NCBI GenBank assembly: GCA_965207075.1
Contig: CBDBLO010000002.1
Span: 480,001 to 544,000 of the forward strand
Source: Nitrosopumilus sp.
GTDB lineage: Archaea; Thermoproteota; Nitrososphaeria; Nitrososphaerales; Nitrosopumilaceae
Direction: 5' to 3'
DNA: 64,000 bases
Part shown: piece after piece, positions 57,135-64,000 of the stretch
Layout: every line of letters begins with the position of its first letter
How positions within the stretch are numbered: position 1 is the first letter of the stretch
The notes under the pieces: model-generated
Database searches by the model: none
The model's input: the letters and a program-made list of their open reading frames with translations, nothing else
What the model was told of the DNA's origin: nothing
Translations under genes and position numbers: made by a program

Positions 57135-58273
57135 GATACCCCAAGCTCGCCAAAGGTGCGCAGTACTAGCCCCTCGGTGTCGGTAAGCTTGGCAATGCGG
57201 TGCCCAATCACGTACTTTACGCCGGCCTTGCGCGCGCCGTTGAGAAGGCGCTGCGTTATTATTCCGTCAAGCAGCAGATATGCGATATCCGACTGGTTTG
57301 AGAGCTTGTTTACGATCTCGCTTATCGGCACCCTGAACACCACCTCCTCCTTGGAGTCTAGCGCAACTGCCTCCAGGGTCTCGTTGATCTCCTTGTGGAT
57401 GCGCCCTGATAGATCGGCAAGCGGCTTGTCGGACTCGTTTTTGAGGGTCGGCGTCTGGCCTTCCGCCTTTATCTCGTCGGCGATGGGCCTCAGGATGTCG
57501 TCTATGCGCTGCGGGGTCATCTCCTCAACCTCCACACCGCGGTCCGCGCGCAGTTCATAGTCGACGCGTACAAGCGACTTTAGCTCCTTTAGTATGAATC
57601 CGCCCGAACGGTCGCCGTCAAGGAATGCCACTACGGTGTCCTTTGAGGCGCACAGCTCCTTGATTGACTCGTCTATCTTGGCCCCCTCGATTGCAATCGC
57701 GTTGTCGTATCCGGCGCGCAGCAGGTTGATGACGTCGGCCCTGCCTTCCACCAGGATCACCCAGTCAGAGGACTCGAGTCCCGAACTGCATGTCAGGTTT
57801 GAGGGGCCGTACGTAGACAGGCGCGCCTGGTCGCCGTGGTGCACGTCGTTTATCATGCTCTCTCCCTCGCTGATGGTCTTCGTGGCCCAGCGCTGCTTGA
57901 TCTCCTTGGCACGCTTTACGATCTCGTCCTTTTTGGCGGCCCTGATGTCGTCTATTGAGTTCAGCTTGAACTGGGTGTCGAACGGGCCCACCTTGTCGAT
58001 GTTCTCGATTGCGGCGGCTATGAGGGCACAGACGTCTATGTCGGTGCTCATTGGCAGTATGACCTCGCCAGAGGTGGCGTTGGACGTGGTCTTGATGTTG
58101 ACCTCTATGCGACCGACCTTTGAGGCGCGCTGCAGCTCGTTAAGGTTCATTTCAGGACCCATCAAACCTTCGGTCTGACCGAAGATTGCGCCGATTATAT
58201 CCGGCCGTTCAACGAGCCCGTCAACATCGAAGGAAAGCTTAACATGATACTTGACAATTCCTGATTGAGGCAT
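57131..58273 (-). CDS. dnaG: Archaeal DnaG primase-like (exosome-associated) protein
   Basis: DIIGAIFGQTEGL, VEGRADVINLL, FLDGDRSG and DGIITQRL. Start placed at ATG 58273. Confidence 0.96.
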   Translation of the reverse strand: MPQSGIVKYHVKLSFDVDGLVERPDIIGAIFGQTEGLMGPEMNLNELQRASKVGRIEVNIKTTSNATSGEVILPMSTDIDVCALIAAAIENIDKVGPFDTQFKLNSIDDIRAAKKDEIVKRAKEIKQRWATKTISEGESMINDVHHGDQARLSTYGPSNLTCSSGLESSDWVILVEGRADVINLLRAGYDNAIAIEGAKIDESIKELCASKDTVVAFLDGDRSGGFILKELKSLVRVDYELRADRGVEVEEMTPQRIDDILRPIADEIKAEGQTPTLKNESDKPLADLSGRIHKEINETLEAVALDSKEEVVFRVPISEIVNKLSNQSDIAYLLLDGIITQRLLNGARKAGVKYVIGHRIAKLTDTEGLVLRTFGELGVS

Positions 58274-58680
58274 ACAACACTCATCTCCTTTAATATCATA
58301 CTGGCCCTTTGTTGGATCTGTATAAAAGCTTATTGAAAATGCATTCTGCTGCGAATTCGGTTGCTCCTGCCTAGCGTGGGGACGTCCTGTTGGCAGCATC
58401 CTTCTCAGGATACGCCTTGAGCGCGTCCGGGTATTCCTTGAGAGGCTCGTTAGCGGCCCTGTCCGGTTCGTCCCTGTCGCAGTCTCCGGGGAGGAGCCAC
58501 CGCTTGAACGCGCGGTGGATCGCCGCGCGGTCGCCGTTCGGGGCGCGCCTCCTCCTATGCGCCGGCGTGCCGGGCTGAATTGAGGCAAAGATCCGAGAGT
58601 CTTATGGAAATGTTAAACAGAAAGAGAAGAGAATCAAGGGTATAGACATTTCAAGCAGGGTTCGTTCCCCGAGCTGCATC

Positions 58681-59060
58681 GTGACTGAAAAGGACATTAA
58701 AAACAACCTTGGCCACTTTGAGCCACTCGAGTTTGAGAGATGGGCGGCAGCACTTAGAAAGGAGGGATACAAGATCATCCTTACTCAGGAGCGCGTCGAC
58801 TTTGACGTTGGCGTTATGGCCGAGGCCGGAAGTGACAAGATCGCAATCCGGATCAAACACTGGCAGGCGTCAGTTGGAGGCCCCGATGTTCACAAGACCG
58901 TCGGTTCCATGATTCCCCACGGGGCAAACCGCGCAGCGGCGGTAACATAGTCTGATTTTACAGACCGGGCATACGAGATTCAAAAGCGGGGCGCGCCAGT
59001 CGACCTGTGGAACGGAAGCGGGCTCCGGGACGAATTCATCAGTCAATACTTGCTAGAATC
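58681..59060 (+). pseudogene. Mrr-like restriction endonuclease, interrupted by a stop codon
   Basis: EFE...GY...D.GV.A...KHW..SVGGPDV...AAAVT*SDFT..A......V.LWNG. In-frame TAG at 58948-58950; catalytic residues look degenerate. Confidence 0.75.
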
Positions 59061-59453
59061 TATTAACAAAGCAAGAAAAGCAGATGTGAATACCGGCAAG
59101 AATATTGGATTTCCTAGTTCATACGTGAGGTTACCAAAAGATGCGCCCGGCGTGGCTTCATCGAGCCGCATGGCCGGAGGGGGGGGGGAAGTGGCGCGCG
59201 ACGCGACTGTATGTGCGCCCACAGAGGCCGCGGGTACCGTGACACATGGAAGCGGCAAGCGGAGTACGCTCCCGGGCAGCGCGTGCGCGGCGGCCTAGGG
59301 AGGGGCGCAGTGACGGAAGGAACGTCCGGCAGACGTCTGGTGGAACGGAAGCTGCAGAATCGTCAGGGCGCGAAAGCCCACGTTTCTACCGGGGCCGCTC
59401 CATCGCCGCAACAGCGGCGGGGAGTTATCATGCGTACAAACTAGGACGGCAGG

Positions 59454-60962
59454 CTACCTGCACACGCGCGCGGACGTCCCCGTAGCTTCAGACAACGTCG
59501 GAATCGATCCTGCGTCAAGCATCTTTTGTACAATGGAACCGAATACAGCGTTGTCCGCGTTGTATCCGACGGTCAGCCTGTAGTCCGCATCAGCGGGAAG
59601 CGAGCCGGAGTTGGCCAGGCCGGACACTCCGTTATTCGCGGCCTCGCGGCTTGCCACCACCCACGGATCCACAAAGGCGTCCGCTGTGCCGGATTCCACG
59701 GCCCTGAGCGCGTCCCCGTACGAGGTGACCTCTGTGACGCTGACGCCAGGGTAGTTGTCCCTTATCCAGTCGTTGATTGCATATCCTGCCACGCCGACCA
59801 CCCGGAAGCTTCCGAGGCTGCCGGCGGTAATATCAGCCCTGTCGCCCTTTGTTATGATGTTGTTGGGTACGACGATCCAGGGCTCAGAGAACGCCATGTT
59901 GTAAGTGGTCCTCCTCTCGTCCGTTGCCTGCGCCATGAAGACGGCGTCCACGGTGCCGTCCCGTATCCCTTCAAGCGACGTGACCCACGTGAGTCCCGGA
60001 ACCGCCTCAAACGAGGATCCGCCAAGCACGGAAAACTCCGCGGCCAGATCCCCGCTAAGTCCGGCCAGGTTGCCGGAGCTGTCTATGTACTCAAGTGGAG
60101 CCCATGCCGGCTCATAGCCGAGGTTTACAGTCGGATTGAGCGCCAGCCATGCCCTCTCAGCATCGGTCAGTCCGATTGTAGTGTCGGATGCCTGGGACGC
60201 CTCCACGGCGTCAAGCATCTTTTGTATAATGGAGCCGAATATCGCGTTGTCCGCGTTGTATCCGACGGTCAGCCTGTAGTCCGCATCAGCGGGAAGCGAG
60301 CCGGAGTTGGCCAGGCCGGACACTCCGTTATTCGCGGCCTCGCGGCTTGCCACCACCCACGGATCCACAAAGGCGTCCGCCGTGCCGGATTCCACGGCCC
60401 TGAGCGCGTCCCCGTACGAGGCGGCCTCTACGATGTTGACGCCAGGGTAGTTGTCCCTTATCCAGTCGTTGATTGCATATCCTGCCACGCCGACCACCCG
60501 GAAGCTTCCGAGGCTGCCGGCGGTAATATCAGCCCTGTCGCCCTTTGTTATGATGTTGTTGGGTACGACGATCCAGGGCTCAGAGAACGCCATGTTGTAA
60601 GTGGTCCTCCTCTCGTCCGTTGCCTGCGCCATGAAGACGGCGTCCACGGTGCCGTCCCGTATCCCTTCAAGCGACGTGACCCACGTGAGTCCCGAAACCG
60701 CCTCAAACGAGGATCCGCCAAGCACGGAAAACTCCGCGGCCAGATCCCCGCTAAGTCCGGCCAGGTTGCCGGAGCTGTCTATGTACTCAAGTGGAGCCCA
60801 TGCCGGCTCATAGCCGAGGTTTACAGTCGGATTGCGATCCAGCCACTCCTGCTCCTCGGCTGTGAATTGGACTGTGGACTGGGCCGAGGCGTCCAGACCC
60901 GGTACTAATATCAAAAGTGCAGCCACCGTTATGGCCGCTGACAAGTACTGCTTTGTTCCCAT
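59454..60962 (-). CDS. Secreted protein with two tandem family-3 (BvgS/EvgS-like PBP2) solute-binding domains
   Basis: Signal peptide, then FTAEEQEWL..NPTV..G....WAPLE...G...D motifs twice. No kinase or permease is adjacent. Confidence 0.85.
   Translation of the reverse strand: MGTKQYLSAAITVAALLILVPGLDASAQSTVQFTAEEQEWLDRNPTVNLGYEPAWAPLEYIDSSGNLAGLSGDLAAEFSVLGGSSFEAVSGLTWVTSLEGIRDGTVDAVFMAQATDERRTTYNMAFSEPWIVVPNNIITKGDRADITAGSLGSFRVVGVAGYAINDWIRDNYPGVNIVEAASYGDALRAVESGTADAFVDPWVVASREAANNGVSGLANSGSLPADADYRLTVGYNADNAIFGSIIQKMLDAVEASQASDTTIGLTDAERAWLALNPTVNLGYEPAWAPLEYIDSSGNLAGLSGDLAAEFSVLGGSSFEAVPGLTWVTSLEGIRDGTVDAVFMAQATDERRTTYNMAFSEPWIVVPNNIITKGDRADITAGSLGSFRVVGVAGYAINDWIRDNYPGVSVTEVTSYGDALRAVESGTADAFVDPWVVASREAANNGVSGLANSGSLPADADYRLTVGYNADNAVFGSIVQKMLDAGSIPTLSEATGTSARVCR
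59513..60834. repeat. Near-identical intragenic duplication of about 625 bp, period 696 bp
   Basis: About 59513-60138 matches about 60209-60834. The antisense ORFs at 59905 and 60601 differ by one residue. Confidence 0.95.
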
Positions 60963-61016
60963 ACGTCTTGTTCATCCCACCTATAATATTTAAAGATACT
61001 TTTGAATAGTACGTAT

Positions 61017-62054
61017 TGTATTATATGAAAAGTCGGTCCGCTACTCATGTGCATCCTTCTCCATCCATTTCGGGTCGTTCTTCCTGATCGCCCCGGTCGC
61101 CCTCTTGTTCCTGAATGCCATCCGCGGCGTCTCGTAGTTGTCGATGTCCAACGAGAAGTGCAGCCTTGACTCGTTGTAATAGTCTACGTACTCCCTGAGG
61201 CTTCCATAGTGGTGTATCTCCTCCTCCAGGCTGCGGTGGAACCTCTCCAGCTTGCCGTTTGTCTGGGGGTGGTAGGGACGGGCGTTTATCAGGGCAATGT
61301 CCCTCTCAAGCAGCTCCTCCTCAAAGACGGTGGGCTGCCACTTCCCCCTTCCCTTCTTGCGGCCGTTCTGCCCCACAAAGCACGATCCGTTGTCGGACAG
61401 TATGGACGCGGGGGCGCCGAACCTCCTGATTGCAAGCCTGAGGAGCATTACCGCGTTCTCGGACGTGGCGTGCTCGAAGAGCGCCGCGCCCGTGACGCAC
61501 CTGGACGCATCGTCCAAATATGTGATGAGATTCATGCCTGAAAAGCGGGGATCCTTGATGACGTGCCAGTCCGTATGCCACATGGCATTGGAGTACGTGC
61601 GCTCGTACCGCACCCACTTGCGCCTCTTTGATCTCGCCGCCGAGGCCTCCACGGCGCCGCTCTTCTTCAACGCGCGGTACACGGCGGCGTAACTAATATC
61701 GTGATTCCTTCTCAGCTCCCTTGCGGTGCGTACGACTCCGACCGGCCGCCTCTGGTGGGCGTCGGTTATCAGCCGTATCTGGGCCCCCGTGATGCAGGCG
61801 CGCGGCCTGCCCATCTGCACGCGTATGGTTCCAGTCTTCTGGAACCTTGCCCACAGCCTTCGTACGTGCCGGATGGAGATTCCAAGGTCTTTTGCCACTT
61901 CGGGAGCCGGCACCCCCTTCCCGAGCCTCCTGACCAGGTGCTTCCCGGCCTTTTCTGTCAGTCCCTTTGACACTGGCTTTCGTGATCGGTGCAGCCTAAA
62001 ATAATCGGCTACAATCCGCCTGATCCTGCGGTGACCTACTTTCCGTATAATAGA
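61017..62054 (-). mobile_element. Intact IS481-family insertion sequence with TIRs of about 21 bp and a 15-bp TSD
   Basis: Ends TGTATTATATGAAAAGTCGGT and reverse complement TCTATTATACGGAAAGTAGGT. TTGAATAGTACGTAT occurs at 61002-61016 and 62055-62069. Confidence 0.93.
61041..61973 (-). CDS. IS481-family DDE transposase
   Basis: HTH, WHTDWH, LDDASR, LSDNG and HPQTNGKLER motifs. Confidence 0.95.
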   Translation of the reverse strand: MSKGLTEKAGKHLVRRLGKGVPAPEVAKDLGISIRHVRRLWARFQKTGTIRVQMGRPRACITGAQIRLITDAHQRRPVGVVRTARELRRNHDISYAAVYRALKKSGAVEASAARSKRRKWVRYERTYSNAMWHTDWHVIKDPRFSGMNLITYLDDASRCVTGAALFEHATSENAVMLLRLAIRRFGAPASILSDNGSCFVGQNGRKKGRGKWQPTVFEEELLERDIALINARPYHPQTNGKLERFHRSLEEEIHHYGSLREYVDYYNESRLHFSLDIDNYETPRMAFRNKRATGAIRKNDPKWMEKDAHE

Positions 62055-62089
62055 TTGAATAGTACGTATGAATTCACGTGGCCCTTATA

Positions 62090-62400
62090 TCAGTCGGGCG
62101 ACCTCTTGTACACGCTCTTGCCCTGATTCCGCCACGTGGGGACGCATGTGGCAAAATCGACCAGGCGCCTCTGGCCAGGGGGCCGCCCTTGGTCTGTCCG
62201 ATTATCTCTCGGAACACCACGATATAGCGCAGCGCCCTCTCGCTCGCGTTGTTTGTGGAATCGACACCCGGGTGTTCCAGGAACGCGAACATGCGCGGCG
62301 CCTGCCACTGCATCTTGTCAAGCACCTTCAGCATGCCGGGATCGTCCCTCCCCCTGTTGTAGAGTCGCGAGTCACGGGCGCACAAGGACGGAGCACGCCG
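62090..62400 (-). pseudogene. IS66-family transposase C-terminal fragment
   Basis: FAFLEHPGVDSTNNASERALR..V..R, then a frameshifted tail ...TCVPTWRNQGKS. Confidence 0.8.
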
Positions 62401-62461
62401 AGCAACGCGCGCAGCTGCTTGGCGCGACAAGCAAAAAAGATGCACAAAGCGCGGCTCGAAA

Positions 62462-62812
62462 TCAGGCCGTCTCAAACGAGTGCCCGCAGGAACAAGACTT
62501 TGTGACGTTGGGGTTGTTGACCTTGAAGCCCGAGCCCATGAGGCTCTCTATGTAGTCGACGTTGGCGCCCTTTAGGTGATCAACGCTGACGCCATCAACG
62601 AGCAGCTTTACGCCGCTCTCCTCCATGACAATGTCGCCCTCCTCCGGTTCCTTTTCAAAGCCCATGCCGTAGGAGAGTCCGGCGCAGCCACCGCCCTGCA
62701 CGTATATCCTCAGGTACTCGGGTGACTCGGCTTCCTCCTTCATGAACTCTTTGATCTTCTCGGCAGCCTTTGGGGTGACCGTAACGACCTTCTGCGTCTG
62801 TTCAGTTGCCAT
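62462..62812 (-). CDS. A-type Fe-S carrier (HesB/IscA/ErpA family)
   Basis: GGGCAGLSY and NPN...SCSCGHSF motifs. Confidence 0.95.
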   Translation of the reverse strand: MATEQTQKVVTVTPKAAEKIKEFMKEEAESPEYLRIYVQGGGCAGLSYGMGFEKEPEEGDIVMEESGVKLLVDGVSVDHLKGANVDYIESLMGSGFKVNNPNVTKSCSCGHSFETA

Positions 62813-63014
62813 ATCGTATGCATTCCCTGCAAATTATAATAAGCTTTGCAGGTCTGCGGTGCATGGGTTCGCGCCCTATCGCACCTTGGCACAAGTTCTA
62901 CACCGCAGCTGTCTTTTGCGCACGACAGGCGGGTTCATGCTCTGCGGCGCGACGTGCAGCCTGTGCGCCGGACGCGCACGCACCTCAAAAACAAGAAAAA
63001 ACATCCACGGCGGG

Positions 63015-63782
63015 CTAGTTCTTCTTTGACTTGTTGACAAACGCAGTCATCCGCTCTTTCCTGTCCGGGTGCGTAAAGCAGTTGCGCCACGCCAGGAGCT
63101 CTATTGAGAGTCCAGTGTCCAGGTCCGCGTTCCTTCCGCGGTTTATCGCGACCTTGGACATGCGCACGCCCATCTCGGAGTTTGCCGCAATCTGCAGGGC
63201 CATCTTTTCGGCCTCGGCCTGCAAGTCGGCCAGGGGGACCACCGCGTTGACAAGTCCAATCTCCCTTGCCTCGTCGGCCCTTACCATCCTGCCCGTGTAT
63301 ACAAGCTCCTTGGCCTTTGCAATGCCGACTATCCTCATCAGCCTCTGCGTCCCGCCCCAGCCGGGCGGTATTCCTATGGTAACCTCCGGCTGGCCCATCC
63401 TTGCGGTGTCGGCCGCAATCCGGATGTCACAGGACATTGCAAGCTCGCATCCGCCGCCAAGGGCAAACCCGTTGACGGCCGCAATGGTGGGCTGGCGCAC
63501 AAGCTCGACAGTCGCGGTTACAAGCTGTCCGAGTTTTGCATACTCGACTGACTCGTCGGCCGATATCTCCGACATGTACTCTATGTCGGCGCCCGCCGAG
63601 AACGCCTTTTCGCCCTCGCCGGTCAGTATCACTACCTTGACAGAAGAGTCAAGGCCGATCTCCTCGAACGCGGACACCAGCTCCCTTGCAACGTCGGTGT
63701 TCATGGCGTTGAGCTTTTCGGGCCTGTTTATCTTTACGGTGCAGACCCCCTGCTCTGAAGTTGATTTTGTGACCAATGTCAT
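63015..63782 (-). CDS. Enoyl-CoA hydratase; likely the bifunctional crotonyl-CoA hydratase/3-hydroxypropionyl-CoA dehydratase of the HP/HB cycle
   Basis: [23 protein letters not shown] and [15 protein letters not shown]. The pathway role is inferred from the AOA context. Confidence 0.85.
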   Translation of the reverse strand: MTLVTKSTSEQGVCTVKINRPEKLNAMNTDVARELVSAFEEIGLDSSVKVVILTGEGEKAFSAGADIEYMSEISADESVEYAKLGQLVTATVELVRQPTIAAVNGFALGGGCELAMSCDIRIAADTARMGQPEVTIGIPPGWGGTQRLMRIVGIAKAKELVYTGRMVRADEAREIGLVNAVVPLADLQAEAEKMALQIAANSEMGVRMSKVAINRGRNADLDTGLSIELLAWRNCFTHPDRKERMTAFVNKSKKN

Positions 63783-64000
63783 TGCCAGACGTCTAGGTGG
63801 CTGTCTTAAATGTCATCGTTTTTTTTAAGACGTGATCGATGCAGCTAACCCCCACTGCGGGTGCGCGTGGAGTGGGGGGGGGGGAGGGTTGATGGAGAGA
63901 AAGGAAGAGAGAAGAGAAGGGAGAGAGAAGAGAAGGGAGAGGTAACCCGAGTAGATCCAAAATGATCTGCCGCATGCCCGGCTAGCGTGCCGATATGCGC

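Noticed and set aside
58340-58590. Possible SRP RNA upstream of dnaG (GGAGCAACC), or a 105-aa DnaG N-terminal extension
   Set aside because: No helix-8 GNRA tetraloop or Alu domain is recognisable, and conserved DnaG begins at 58273. The region looks like a decayed coding remnant.
58948-58950. In-frame TAG as possible pyrrolysine or read-through recoding (also at 9037)
   Set aside because: No pyl genes are in view, TAG is used as a normal stop here (amoA, amoC), and both genes carry other signs of decay.

Overview
A GC-rich window from an ammonia-oxidizing archaeon (Nitrososphaerota/Thaumarchaeota, Nitrosopumilaceae-like). The high GC, IS load and low-complexity insertions suggest a host-associated lineage such as a sponge symbiont (inference). 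The window holds an apparently complete AMO cluster (amoZ-like, amoY-like, two hypotheticals, amoB, amoC, amoX, amoA), nirK, a split metH with metF, and a SsuABC/TauABC-type ABC transporter. It also holds an argG-lysW/argW-argX-lysYZJ-lysM-hcs-lysW-lysX-lysK cluster, ribosomal, translation and replication genes, and tRNA-Thr(GGT). The AMO cluster is visibly remodelled in three ways. (1) A type II NADH:quinone oxidoreductase fused to a His-containing 4-TM domain and a C2H2 zinc finger lies between amoB and amoC. (2) A decayed tandem duplicate of the amoZ-like gene carries a 4x15-bp repeat. (3) A full-length fossil IS481 fills the amoX-amoA gap. Other notable items are a second LysW carrier ending in EDWGQ instead of EDWGE and a C/D-box sRNA candidate with compensatory box changes. 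There are also two intact IS481 elements with 15-16 bp target duplications, one of them between the metH halves, and a shared 3' motif behind amoA and amoB. All calls come from reading the sequence and recognising motifs; no searches were run.
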